Shown here: positions 10,540-20,479 of the stretch, piece by piece
How positions within the stretch are numbered: position 1 is the first letter of the stretch
How the letters are laid out: each line of letters starts with the position of its first letter
Origin: an uncultured delta proteobacterium
GTDB taxonomy: Bacteria > Desulfobacterota > Binatia > UBA9968
DNA length: 64,000 nucleotides
Reading direction: 5' to 3'
Assembly (NCBI GenBank): GCA_963771465.1
Contig: CAVYTU010000017.1
Coordinates: 1,088,001 to 1,152,000 of the forward strand
Position numbers and translations under genes: made by a program
The notes under the pieces: model-generated
What the model saw: the letters and a program-made list of their open reading frames with translations, nothing else
Database searches by the model: none
Told to the model about the DNA's origin: nothing

Positions 10540-11085
10540 ATGACCAACAAATATCAAGAACAATTCGGCTATCCGATTGAGCGGACCCTGGGGAAAGTGC
10601 GCCCGGCCATGGTTCCTTGGATTCAGGATTTTATTCGCAATTCGCCGTTTTGTGTCATGGCCACCAGCAACTCCAACGGTGATTGCGATGCGTCACCCAA
10701 GGGCGGATTGCCAGGCTTTGTCAAAATCCTCAACGATAAGCAATTGTTCATCCCTGACGTTGCCGGTAACAAGCTATTTCACGGTTACGGCAACGTTGAG
10801 AGCAATGCCAAAGTAGGCTTGGTGTTTTTCATCCCTGGTCACAACAGCACAGTTAGGATCAACGGTAGGGTCAAGGTAATCGATAGGGACGAACTCAATA
10901 ATGTGCGGTTGGAGGTCAGCAATCCTGACGAGAAGGCGGAAGTTCTTCAGGGCCTGTTGCTCGATGTCGAAGAGTCCTACAGTCACTGCCCGCGCGCCCT
11001 AAAGTTCTCCAACCTGTGGGACGTCAATCAGATTAGCAAGAACACCGCCACGCCACCGGTCGGTGCGAAAGAATCGGGAATCTAA
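10540..11085 (+). CDS. Pyridoxamine 5'-phosphate oxidase-like FMN-binding protein
   Basis: DASPKGG.PGFV, PDVAGN, VRING, YSHCPRAL. Confidence 0.85.
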   Translation: MTNKYQEQFGYPIERTLGKVRPAMVPWIQDFIRNSPFCVMATSNSNGDCDASPKGGLPGFVKILNDKQLFIPDVAGNKLFHGYGNVESNAKVGLVFFIPGHNSTVRINGRVKVIDRDELNNVRLEVSNPDEKAEVLQGLLLDVEESYSHCPRALKFSNLWDVNQISKNTATPPVGAKESGI

Positions 11086-11101
11086 CACTACTTGCTAATT
11101 G

Positions 11102-12523
11102 ATGGGCAGTGAATTCTGTTTCACCAACGCTCGTGAGTTGACGCAACTGCTGCGTTCACGCGCTGTCTCGGCGCGCGAAGTCATGGCCGCATTTCTCGAC
11201 CAAATCGCGCGGCTCAATCCCAAGATGAACGCCATCGTCGCCAAGCTCGATGATGAGAAGTGCCTTGCGCTCGCCAACGAGGCCGACCGACGATTGTCTC
11301 GCGGTGACGACGTGGGACCGCTGCATGGCCTGCCGTTCGCTTTCAAAGAATTAGATGCCGCAGTTGGCTTTCCGATGACGCGCGGCTCGCCGATCTTTAA
11401 AGATTTCATGCCGAGCGAAGATTCAGTACTGGTCGAGCGCTTGCGTGGCGCCGGAGTGATCGCGATCGGCAAGACCAACGTTTCTGAGTTCGGCATGGGC
11501 TCGCATACCTACAACCAAGTTTACGGAACCACGCTGAATCCGTATGACTTTAGCAAAACCGCCGGCGGCTCTAGTGGCGGCGCAGGTGCTGCGCTTGCGG
11601 CTGGCCTGCTGCCATTAGCCAGCGGCAGCGATCTCGGCGGCTCGCTGCGCAATCCAGCCAACTTCAACAACATCGTCGCGTTGCGGCCGACCGTCGGCTT
11701 GGTGCCGTCCGCGCCAGTGGCGTTGCCGTTCTTGGGATTCACAGTCAAAGGACCGATGGCGCGCTCGGTCTCTGATGTTGCATTCTTACTGAGTGTCATG
11801 GCCGGCGCCGACCCGCGCGATCCCGCGGTTTATCCTTCCGATCCCACAGTGTTTGCACGGCCATTGGATCGCGATTTAAACAACGTGCGAGTCGCGTGGT
11901 GTCCCGACTTGGGCGGCTTACCGCTCGACCGACGGGTTCGTTCAGTCTTGGCCGCGCAACGTAAAACTTTCGCCGATCTTGGCTGCGTCGTCGAAGACGC
12001 CGTTCCCGATCTTAGCGGCGCGGACGAAGTATTTCTCACGCTGCGGGCGTGGCATTACTATCACACACTCGGTCCGTTGCTCGCCGAGCATCGCGGCCGT
12101 ATGAAAGACGAAGCGGTGTGGCAGATCGAGTCCGGTCGCGATCTCACTGGCGCTGAGATCGCCAAAGCGATGAGCCTACACGGCGAGCTGATGCAGCGCA
12201 TGCGCCGCTTTCAGGAGAAATATGAATTTGTCCTTTGTGCGGTCAATCAAGTACCGCCCTTCGATGCATCCATCGATTGGCCGCGCGAGATCGAAGGCGC
12301 AAAGATGGAGAACTATCTCGATTGGATGAAGTCGGCGTATTGGATTACTTCAACTTTTTGTCCGGCGCTTTCAGTGCCGGCGGGATTTACCGAAGACGGT
12401 TTGCCGGTCGGCATCCAGATAGTCGGCCGCTATCGTGACGACCTCGGTGTGCTACAGCTCGCCCACGCATTCGAGCAGATAACTGGTTTCGGCAAACGCC
12501 GGCCCGCGATTGTTCTAGGCTGA
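11102..12523 (+). CDS. Amidase signature family amidase
   Basis: GPLHGLPFAFKE, GGSSGG, GSDLGGSLRNP. Confidence 0.95.
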   Translation: MGSEFCFTNARELTQLLRSRAVSAREVMAAFLDQIARLNPKMNAIVAKLDDEKCLALANEADRRLSRGDDVGPLHGLPFAFKELDAAVGFPMTRGSPIFKDFMPSEDSVLVERLRGAGVIAIGKTNVSEFGMGSHTYNQVYGTTLNPYDFSKTAGGSSGGAGAALAAGLLPLASGSDLGGSLRNPANFNNIVALRPTVGLVPSAPVALPFLGFTVKGPMARSVSDVAFLLSVMAGADPRDPAVYPSDPTVFARPLDRDLNNVRVAWCPDLGGLPLDRRVRSVLAAQRKTFADLGCVVEDAVPDLSGADEVFLTLRAWHYYHTLGPLLAEHRGRMKDEAVWQIESGRDLTGAEIAKAMSLHGELMQRMRRFQEKYEFVLCAVNQVPPFDASIDWPREIEGAKMENYLDWMKSAYWITSTFCPALSVPAGFTEDGLPVGIQIVGRYRDDLGVLQLAHAFEQITGFGKRRPAIVLG

Positions 12524-12705
12524 TCTCGCAGTCTTATAACAAGCAGCGCTTTCGCGAAATCCATCAAGCAGACAAACTCTCAAAGTAGTCAATTCGTAAA
12601 CCAAACGTCCCTAATAAGTTGCTATTGGTTTCTGTCGACGATGACCCAATAGCAAATTCCTTTCAGATTCCATTCAGATAAGCGCCAGCGGCGCTCTACC
12701 TCTTC

Positions 12706-13797
12706 GTGGCATCAGTGTTGCTCCTTCATCTTCTGGTGGGGGAACACGTGGGAAGCCTGAAGCGATCTTACACTCTTATTCTTTTTCTTGTGAGTCTGAC
12801 GCTCTCGTGTATGCCGAGTAACGGCACGGCGGATTCAAGCCGCGATGAAGCGATTCAGCCGCTGGTCACGACTGCAGAGTTAGTTGTCGGTAGCAATCGT
12901 TTCGCCTTCGGCCTGTTAAAGGCCGGAAAGCTTATCGAACGCGCGGACGTGATGCTGCGTCTCTTTTCCCTCGATGGATCGGAAGCGAATCTTGCTGCCG
13001 AAGTCCAAGTTCCATATCAAACCGTTTCTAAAGTGAAACAAGAGCGTGCACTGCATCGCCATGCCGACGGCACGGCACATGTGCATGGGGACGACTCGAT
13101 GGTGCGCGGGCTTTACGTTGCGCAACTGAGTTTTTCTCGCGGCGGGGATTGGGGCGTCGAATTGCATGTGAGCCAGAGCAACGGCGCTGTTGAGCCGGTG
13201 CGTTTTGCGGTTACAGTACAAGACAACTCGCCAACGCCAGCGGTCGGTTCCGCTGCGCCCCGGAGCCGTAATCTCATCGCCCGCGATGTCAAGAATTTAC
13301 GTCAGATCGATACCAGCCCCAAGCCCGATGCTCGGCTGCACCAGGTCCGCATCGCCGACGCCATCGCCCAGCGCAAGCCGCAGTTAATTGTTTTCGCCAC
13401 GCCGCAGTTCTGTACGAGCCGCATGTGCGGACCGGTGGTCGATATCGTGCGGACGTTGCTTCCTGCTTTTGGTAAACGAGTGGCATTTACGCATCAAGAG
13501 ATCTGGCAGGACTTCGGCGAGAAGAAAATGTTTTCGACCGTCGAAGAGTGGCAGCTCGATACGGAGCCATGGGTATTTATCGTCGATGGTGGCGGAATCA
13601 TCCGGGCGAAGTTCGAAGGGCTCATGACCGCGCACGAGCTGGAAAGCAGTCTGCAGCAAATACTGACGCGCGTGCCGACCGGCCTCCGGCAGTCGTCGCG
13701 CCTCATTCCTTGGAAGGGAACAGTTATCGATGGAGAAAATAGATTCTCTGAGAAGAGCGGCGCAAAGCGGTCCGCCCGGTTGAACATCGTCCCATGA
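12706..13797 (+). CDS. Putative lipoprotein with a C-terminal thioredoxin-like domain
   Basis: Signal/lipobox LTLSC, His-rich HRHADGTAHVH, FATPQFCTSRMCGP, TEPWVFIVD; start uncertain. Confidence 0.7.
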   Translation: MASVLLLHLLVGEHVGSLKRSYTLILFLVSLTLSCMPSNGTADSSRDEAIQPLVTTAELVVGSNRFAFGLLKAGKLIERADVMLRLFSLDGSEANLAAEVQVPYQTVSKVKQERALHRHADGTAHVHGDDSMVRGLYVAQLSFSRGGDWGVELHVSQSNGAVEPVRFAVTVQDNSPTPAVGSAAPRSRNLIARDVKNLRQIDTSPKPDARLHQVRIADAIAQRKPQLIVFATPQFCTSRMCGPVVDIVRTLLPAFGKRVAFTHQEIWQDFGEKKMFSTVEEWQLDTEPWVFIVDGGGIIRAKFEGLMTAHELESSLQQILTRVPTGLRQSSRLIPWKGTVIDGENRFSEKSGAKRSARLNIVP

Positions 13798-13896
13798 CGG
13801 TTCTCCGTGGGCCGTTGAGGGGGCGAATGGTGAGCGCCATGGAGTTGGTTGTGAACGATTACTTTTATGAGCTTGAAAATAGTGGAGAAGACACAA

Positions 13897-14490
13897 ATGA
13901 AACGTTCAATACTATCGATGATCGGAATTTTGAGTTTCTGTGGTATCGGCCTGATCTCTTCCTCGGCGACGGCGATCGACGGTCCCATGGCCAACGCAAC
14001 TGTAAGCTTTGGTCAGTGGGACCCGAATGATCCCGACCTTCCATCGCCAACACTGAATAGGTTGCTGGGTGACCCGGCGGGCGGATTGGGTAACAACCAT
14101 GAGCTCATTCCTAACATTGCGACCATAAAGGCAGGTGGTGCAGTCAATTTCATCATTAGCGGCCAGCACATCGTCAGCGTTTACGATAACGGACACCAAC
14201 CTAGTGACATCAATACAACGATAGAAGTGGATAACCCTGCCACACTAACGGTGAATGAAGCTTGTGCTACTAACGCCGGTGGAGTTCTCAGTGACTCCAA
14301 TAGACGAATCTATAGGGGGCCATGCCATGTTTCTACCGCTATTCCTCCCGTTGCTTCTGCGACTCGGCGCGACGGCGTTGAAGTAGTGAAGTTCTCAAAG
14401 CCCGGCACTTATCTGGTAATCTGTGCGCGGACGAATCATTTCGTTGACGACGGCATGTTCGGTTATGTGAGAGTGTTGCCGGGGCACTAA
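13897..14490 (+). CDS. Secreted cupredoxin-like (blue copper) protein
   Basis: Signal peptide; GQH...PGTYLVICARTNHFVDDGM fits the H...C-x4-H-x5-M type-1 copper ligands. Confidence 0.7.
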   Translation: MKRSILSMIGILSFCGIGLISSSATAIDGPMANATVSFGQWDPNDPDLPSPTLNRLLGDPAGGLGNNHELIPNIATIKAGGAVNFIISGQHIVSVYDNGHQPSDINTTIEVDNPATLTVNEACATNAGGVLSDSNRRIYRGPCHVSTAIPPVASATRRDGVEVVKFSKPGTYLVICARTNHFVDDGMFGYVRVLPGH

Positions 14491-14592
14491 AACTGTCAGA
14501 TGAAACTAGCGCACGGCGGAGTCTGCGACTTCGCCGTGCGCTGGGTGCGTAGATATCGGCTGGACTGGAAACGTTTCTCTACGGAGGGGACT

Positions 14593-15828
14593 ATGAAAAC
14601 TTTTACTAAATCGCTGCTGATTGTGTTCGTCGTAGCGATGGCAGCCTCGTCAGTGAAGGCGGACATCATCGCCGATTGGAACGAAATGGCGGTCAACGCC
14701 GGTGCTAAGGCGCGCGTCGGGAATACTCCGACCGCTAGAGCCATAACGATGGTTCATTTGGCAATGTTCGAGGCGGTCAATTCGATCGAGCCGCGTTACA
14801 CGCCTTATCGAGCGCGGTTATCGGCGGATGCTGGCACGTCGCGCGATGCCGCAGCCGCGAGCGCCGCCCATACCGTTTTGGTCCGGATATATCCCGAGCA
14901 AACTGCGGAACTGGATAAGGCGCTCCAAGCATCGCTCGCGACCGTGCCGGAGGGAACATCCAAATCCCAAGGCGTTCAACTCGGCCAACAGAGCGGCACT
15001 GCTATAGTCAGCGAACGGCGTGACGACGGTTCGGACGCGCCCAACACCTACCGGCCGTTCACGGTCGTTGGCAAGTACGTTCCAACTGTTTTCCCAATTA
15101 ATTCAAGTGTTGGCGCCATGAAACCTTTTTCGCTTAAGTCCGGTAGTCAGTTGCGGCCGCCGGCGCCTTACTCGCTCAAAGGCGCACAGTGGGCAAAGGA
15201 CTTCAGCGAAGTAAAAAACTTGGGAGCAAAGACCGGTTCGGTGCGTACAACGGAGCAGACCGATATCGCTCGCTTTTGGGAATTGACAGGACCAGCGACG
15301 TACAACCCGGTGGTACGTCAGCTTTCAGCGGCTAAAGGACTCGATATTTTAGATAACGCGCGCTTGTTCGCGCTCTTCTCCATGGCAACGGCCGATGCTG
15401 GGATCGCCATCTTCGATGCTAAATACACCTACAACTTCTGGCGCCCGGTGACGGCGATCCGTAATGCAGACCTAGACGGTAACAATGCTACCGAGCGAGA
15501 TCCGACGTGGGAGCCGTTTATAGCAACGCCCATGCACCCGGAATATCCCTGCGCCCACTGTATCTCCCAGAGTAGTGCAGCCAGTGTACTCGAGGCGTTT
15601 TTCGGCGACGCCGTGCCAACGTTTACGATGACCAGCACGACCGCGCCGGGAGTGACACGTAAATTTTCCAAGCTATCCGACTACGTCACGGAAGTCGTCA
15701 ATGCTCGAGTTTATGATGGTGTGCATTACCGCACCTCCGGCGAGGTCGGCGCTGCGATGGGCCGCAAGAACGGCCAATATGCGGTGCAGAATTATTTGAA
15801 ACCGGTCGCTCAAAGCGCGGCGCGTTAG
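14593..15828 (+). CDS. Vanadium-dependent haloperoxidase / PAP2 family secreted protein
   Basis: DAKYTYNFWRP, HPEYPCAH, ARVYDGVHY; GGAGG RBS before MKTFTK. Confidence 0.85.
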   Translation: MKTFTKSLLIVFVVAMAASSVKADIIADWNEMAVNAGAKARVGNTPTARAITMVHLAMFEAVNSIEPRYTPYRARLSADAGTSRDAAAASAAHTVLVRIYPEQTAELDKALQASLATVPEGTSKSQGVQLGQQSGTAIVSERRDDGSDAPNTYRPFTVVGKYVPTVFPINSSVGAMKPFSLKSGSQLRPPAPYSLKGAQWAKDFSEVKNLGAKTGSVRTTEQTDIARFWELTGPATYNPVVRQLSAAKGLDILDNARLFALFSMATADAGIAIFDAKYTYNFWRPVTAIRNADLDGNNATERDPTWEPFIATPMHPEYPCAHCISQSSAASVLEAFFGDAVPTFTMTSTTAPGVTRKFSKLSDYVTEVVNARVYDGVHYRTSGEVGAAMGRKNGQYAVQNYLKPVAQSAAR

Positions 15829-15940
15829 AGCTGTGTGATTTTCGAGTTGCGAACGAAAAAAAGAGAAAAACGACTCTCAGATTTTACCGAGATGACCAGG
15901 TCGGCGAATATGCCGGTTTGTCACTAAGCCGGTAGCGAAA

Positions 15941-16954
15941 TCATTTCTGATAGAGCTTGGCAGCAAAGCCGCTCTTTTCGATCTCGCGCAAAATCGTCCC
16001 GTCGATGAACTGCTCGGGCTTGGCATTTTTTGCGCGTGGGTCACGCTCGGCCATCCAGGTAAGCTGGGTTTGGATCGCGGCAGGCGATGGATGCGGGATA
16101 GGCTGATACAGTTCTTTGTAAAGCCGATAGACTTCTTCCAAAGCTTCGCGATCATCGATTTTCAAATATTTTCTGAGCGCGTTGATCGACGGCTCGGGAT
16201 TCTGCTTGACCGTGTAGATGCCTTCGATGATTGCGCGCATGTAGCGCGTCACGACATCGGGTTGGGTTTTGAGAAAAGCCCGGCTGGTGATCACTTCGAG
16301 CTGAGGAAAGGGGATGTCATATTGGGTCGGGTCGACCAGTATGGCGAAGCCGGCCTTCTTGGCGAGGCTAAAAAACTCCGGGGTCAAAACCGTCGAATCA
16401 ACGCTGCGCTTGCTCAAGGCCGATAATCGAGTGCTGGTGCCGCCGGTCTGAAGAATCGTCACATCTTTGTCGGGCGTGAGGCCGTAGCGCTGCAGAATCA
16501 AGCGCGCCGCCAAATCAGAGGCGCTGCCGAAGCGTGACACGGCTAACCGTTTGCCCTTCAATTGCTCGATGGTTTTAGTCTCTTTTTGCGCCAGCAGCGC
16601 ATACGGCATGCGACTTTCGATGCTGGAGATCGACACGATGTCGCTGCCGGCCAAGTTGCTGCTCACCGCCACGGTGCCGCCGCCCATGGCGATCTGGGTT
16701 TCGCCGGCGGTGAGCGCTTGCACCGTGGTAACGCCGCTTTCGATTAGCACGACATCGACGCTCAGGCCGTGTTTCTCGAAGATCTTCGCTTCCTTCGCGA
16801 GCCAATACGCCGCCATGTTGGCGGTCAGCGCGCTGTAGGAAGTTTTCAGGCGGGTCAGTTGGGCGTGTGCGTTACCCACCGTCAACAGGCTGACAAAAAA
16901 GATCAGACCGATCGGTCTGATCCGGCGGATCTGTCTGATCCCTTCATTACTCAT
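15941..16954 (-). CDS. NMT1/SsuA-type ABC substrate-binding protein
   Basis: Signal peptide, FEKHGLSV, LKGKRLAVSRFGSASD, EKSGF C-terminus. Confidence 0.85.
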   Translation of the reverse strand: MSNEGIRQIRRIRPIGLIFFVSLLTVGNAHAQLTRLKTSYSALTANMAAYWLAKEAKIFEKHGLSVDVVLIESGVTTVQALTAGETQIAMGGGTVAVSSNLAGSDIVSISSIESRMPYALLAQKETKTIEQLKGKRLAVSRFGSASDLAARLILQRYGLTPDKDVTILQTGGTSTRLSALSKRSVDSTVLTPEFFSLAKKAGFAILVDPTQYDIPFPQLEVITSRAFLKTQPDVVTRYMRAIIEGIYTVKQNPEPSINALRKYLKIDDREALEEVYRLYKELYQPIPHPSPAAIQTQLTWMAERDPRAKNAKPEQFIDGTILREIEKSGFAAKLYQK

Positions 16955-17784
16955 GGGCGACCCTCACCCAGCAAAAACTCCGTTAGCACACGGTTAAACT
17001 CTTCGGTCTCCTCGATCTGGGGTTCGTGCGCCGAGCGTTTGAAACGATAAACTCTTGAGCCTGAGACGATCTTTTGAAAGTTTACGTCCCAATCGCTCTG
17101 ATTGAGCAGATCGTGATCACACGACATGATCAGCAGCGGCGTAGTCAATTGCGCTAGCTGCTTGACGAACTCTTCGGTTGTCGAGCGCACTTGGTGCGCC
17201 GGACTGCGCAAACGCGCGGCGGACAACGTTTCCCATGCGCCGGGGATGATCGAGCTGGCGTAGCGCTCGCGAATATTTTCCTCGCTCTGCCACTTGGCGT
17301 CGTGGTAGAGCAGCGCGACGATCTTTTTCATATTTTCCGGCGACGGGGTGTAGTTTTCCAAGTCGGCTTGGGAGTTGGTCTTGAACACGCTGGCGTTGCC
17401 GCAGATGGTCACCATTTTTTGAATCTGAAACGGCGCTGGAGTGCGCACTGAAGCGCGCAGAACCAAGCCGCCGCCGGCGGAATTGCCGACGAAGAATGCT
17501 CTGCCGATGCCCAATATTTCCAGAAAGCGCTGCACATGCTTGATGCGCAAGCCCGCCGGGTCGGTGAAGCTGTAGAGTTTATCGGTTTGACCCCAGCCCA
17601 AAATATCCGGCGCCACGATATGGAAACGTTTAGCCAGCGCGTCGATATTGTAGCGCCAGGTGATTTCCGCTGACGCGCCGTACTCGCCGCCATGGAGCAG
17701 AACCAGATCGGGCCCGCTGCCGGCTTCGAGGAAATGGGTCTTGACGTCGCCGACCAGAATCGTGCGGTGTTGGTAACTTGCCAT
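16951..17784 (-). CDS. Alpha/beta hydrolase (MhpC/BphD-like)
   Basis: LLHGG, APDILGWG, GNSAGG nucleophile elbow, AHEPQIE. Confidence 0.85.
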   Translation of the reverse strand: MASYQHRTILVGDVKTHFLEAGSGPDLVLLHGGEYGASAEITWRYNIDALAKRFHIVAPDILGWGQTDKLYSFTDPAGLRIKHVQRFLEILGIGRAFFVGNSAGGGLVLRASVRTPAPFQIQKMVTICGNASVFKTNSQADLENYTPSPENMKKIVALLYHDAKWQSEENIRERYASSIIPGAWETLSAARLRSPAHQVRSTTEEFVKQLAQLTTPLLIMSCDHDLLNQSDWDVNFQKIVSGSRVYRFKRSAHEPQIEETEEFNRVLTEFLLGEGRP

Positions 17785-17796
17785 GCTTTGGAACGT

Positions 17797-18567
17797 CTAA
17801 AGAAAAGCCACGCCGCCGTCGACGGCGACGGTTTGACCGGTCATAAAATCGCTCAGCGGCGAGGCGAGAAAGAGCATGGTGCCGACCAAGTCCTTGGGCA
17901 ACTGCACGCGCTTCAAGGCGCGATCGGCCAAGCGCGCGCCGCGCATTTTGAGCACTTCTTCGGTGGGATTTTCCTCCGAAAGCGTCGAGCCCGGCGCGAT
18001 CGCGTTGACGTTGATGTTGTCGTCGCCGACTTCGCGGGCCAACGTGCGCGTGAAGCCGATGACGCCGGCTTTCGATGTCACGTAGTGAATTCGCCCGGCG
18101 CTGCCGTTGAGCGCGGTGCCAGAAGAGATATTGATGATCTTGCCTGATTTTTGTTGGCGCATGGTCGGCAAGACGGCGCGGGTGCAGAAAAATAAACCTT
18201 TGAGATTGACCGTCATCATCCGGTCCCATTCCGCTGGATCGATGGTATCGATGCCGCCGCGATTCATCGGAATCGTCGAAAAAATCGCCGCGTTATTGAC
18301 CAATACATCGATGCGACCGAATTTATCGAGCGTTAGCTTTGCCATGTCTTTGGTCGACTGCTCGTTGGCGACGTCGACTTTGGCGCCAAGCGCTTTGCCG
18401 TCAAACTGTTTGACGGCTTCGCCGGCGACTTTGTCCGCCGCCGGCGCGTCGATGTCAGCGACGACGACTTTAGCGCCGGCTTCGGCGAATCCGTGGCAAT
18501 AGGCGCGGCCAATGCCATGACCGCCGCCGGTGACGATGACAACCTTGTCTTTGAGTCCTTGGATCAT
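17797..18567 (-). CDS. SDR family oxidoreductase
   Basis: TGGGHGIG, NNAA, YVTSK. Confidence 0.93.
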   Translation of the reverse strand: MIQGLKDKVVIVTGGGHGIGRAYCHGFAEAGAKVVVADIDAPAADKVAGEAVKQFDGKALGAKVDVANEQSTKDMAKLTLDKFGRIDVLVNNAAIFSTIPMNRGGIDTIDPAEWDRMMTVNLKGLFFCTRAVLPTMRQQKSGKIINISSGTALNGSAGRIHYVTSKAGVIGFTRTLAREVGDDNINVNAIAPGSTLSEENPTEEVLKMRGARLADRALKRVQLPKDLVGTMLFLASPLSDFMTGQTVAVDGGVAFL

Positions 18568-18644
18568 TTGTTTGCTCCCATGAATTGATTTGGCGTCAAA
18601 ATAGCCTTAGAACTTTTTGAGTGTCAAGCTGACAATTTGCTTCT

Positions 18645-19427
18645 ATGCAAAAAAGTAGTGATATTGCGCTGAAGGTAATGGATTCAATGAGATGTCTCGA
18701 TAAGTTTTATTTTCAACCTTTCATCGTCTTGCTGTGCGGACTGGTTCTTTGGGTCGACCTGGGGCCGGCTGCCGAGGTCGCACCGAACCCGGACACGTTG
18801 CCGATGTACGGCCAGCCGAAGATTCCCCGCTCGGAAGCGCAGAAGTCCGCCGATGAGGGGTTCGTTCGCGACAACACGCTGAGATTTAGAAACCGTGCGG
18901 CGGGAAGTGTCGCGTTTGCGGCGCAAGGTTGGACGGCGCTGCGCGCCAAGCAGGTCGATGTCGCCATGCAACGATTTAATCAGGCCTGGTTGATGAATCC
19001 GAAATACTACGGCGCGTTCTGGGGTTTCGGCGCGGCCCTGAGCGAGCGCGGCCGCTTGATCGAAGCGATTGAGCAGCTTGAAACCGCACGCACTCTGATC
19101 GACGAGCCCGCCCAGCGCCCTGCATTGCTCGCCGACTTGGGCGCACTGCATTCCGAGTACGCTGTACGCTTGCCCGCCGATAAGCAGCTCGACCGCGCCC
19201 AGCATTTCGTCTTGGCCAATTCTCGCTTCACCGAAAGCGTCGATAACGACCCCAATTTTGCGTCGGCTTGGCGCGAGTGGGCGATGTCGCTCTATGATCA
19301 GGAGCGCTATTCCGAAGCTTGGGTAAAGGCGAAGCGGGTGCAGGAACTGGGAGGCGAGCCGTTGCCAGCGGAATTTCTAAAAAAACTTTCGGCGAAGCTG
19401 CCGGAACCCAAGTCACCTGACAAATAG
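18645..19427 (+). CDS. Tetratricopeptide repeat protein (exported)
   Basis: PMYG, AMQRFNQAWLMNP..YGAFWGFG TPR-like repeats; start uncertain. Confidence 0.75.
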   Translation: MQKSSDIALKVMDSMRCLDKFYFQPFIVLLCGLVLWVDLGPAAEVAPNPDTLPMYGQPKIPRSEAQKSADEGFVRDNTLRFRNRAAGSVAFAAQGWTALRAKQVDVAMQRFNQAWLMNPKYYGAFWGFGAALSERGRLIEAIEQLETARTLIDEPAQRPALLADLGALHSEYAVRLPADKQLDRAQHFVLANSRFTESVDNDPNFASAWREWAMSLYDQERYSEAWVKAKRVQELGGEPLPAEFLKKLSAKLPEPKSPDK

Positions 19428-19456
19428 ATTCACAAATATTATCCCGCGACTGGCGA

Positions 19457-20308
19457 TTGTCTCGCTGCGCCCGGACAGGCCGCAGGCAAGAGCACGGTCG
19501 GCGACGTCTAATTCTGATATTGTTCGCTTGCGCGCTCGTGTTGCCGCTTCAAGCGCTGGCACAAAAGAGCAACGATGCTAATAGATTTTTATCAATCTGG
19601 GCGGGCAGCTTGCCGCTGATACTTTCGGCGCCTCACGGTGGGCGCGAAGCGATTCCTGGCGTGCCGCTACGCCGCGGCGTCGGAGTGGCGCAGTTCAGCA
19701 CCGGCCGTGACAACAATACCGACGAACTCGCGGCGGCGATAGCGCTCAAAATTGGCGCTAGTCTCGGCGTAAAACCGTTCGTCGTGATCGCTCGCTTCGA
19801 TCGCAAGTTTCTTGACGTGAACCGACCGTCGACCGGAGCCTATGAGTCGGCGGCGGCACAGCCGTTCTACGACGCCTATCATCGTGCACTTGAAGAGTCG
19901 GCTGAGAAAGTTCGCGCGCAATGGGGCGGTGGTCTGCTGCTTGATCTGCACGGTCAGGGTGCCGAGATCGACACGATCTACCGCGGCACCGACAACGGTG
20001 AAACCGTTGCCGCGTTAGTGCAGCGCTACGGCAAGGAAGCCATAAACGGCGCCCATAGTATTTTTGGACAGCTTGCTGCCAAGGGTTACAAAGTTCTGCC
20101 CGATCCGAGCGGGATCGAGCGCGAGCGCCGCTACATCGGCGGCTACACAGCGCGGACCTACGGCAGTCACCGCGGTACGAAGATCGATGCCATTCAAATT
20201 GAGCTCGGCACCAACCTGCGCGCCAAGGCCAATCTGCAACGCACGGCGCAGGATTTGGCAGCGGCCATCGAGGTGTTTGCCAAAGCCTTCCTGCCCGTCG
20301 ACAAATAG
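19457..20308 (+). CDS. N-formylglutamate amidohydrolase-like exported protein
   Basis: LILSAPHGG, DVNR, LLDLHG, IQIE. Confidence 0.75.
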   Translation: MSRCARTGRRQEHGRRRLILILFACALVLPLQALAQKSNDANRFLSIWAGSLPLILSAPHGGREAIPGVPLRRGVGVAQFSTGRDNNTDELAAAIALKIGASLGVKPFVVIARFDRKFLDVNRPSTGAYESAAAQPFYDAYHRALEESAEKVRAQWGGGLLLDLHGQGAEIDTIYRGTDNGETVAALVQRYGKEAINGAHSIFGQLAAKGYKVLPDPSGIERERRYIGGYTARTYGSHRGTKIDAIQIELGTNLRAKANLQRTAQDLAAAIEVFAKAFLPVDK

Positions 20309-20479
20309 TTCGACAGCTTGCGCACCACGGCATCACCACCAACCACGTTACTGTGCTTGCGACGCTTCTGTCTTTTCTCGCGGGTGCGTCGATCGCCGGT
20401 AACCCGGTGCCGAGGGAAATTTTCAATCGTGGGATTGATCATTGTATACTGGGCTTCGATTCGAGCTCGGGAGGTTTTC

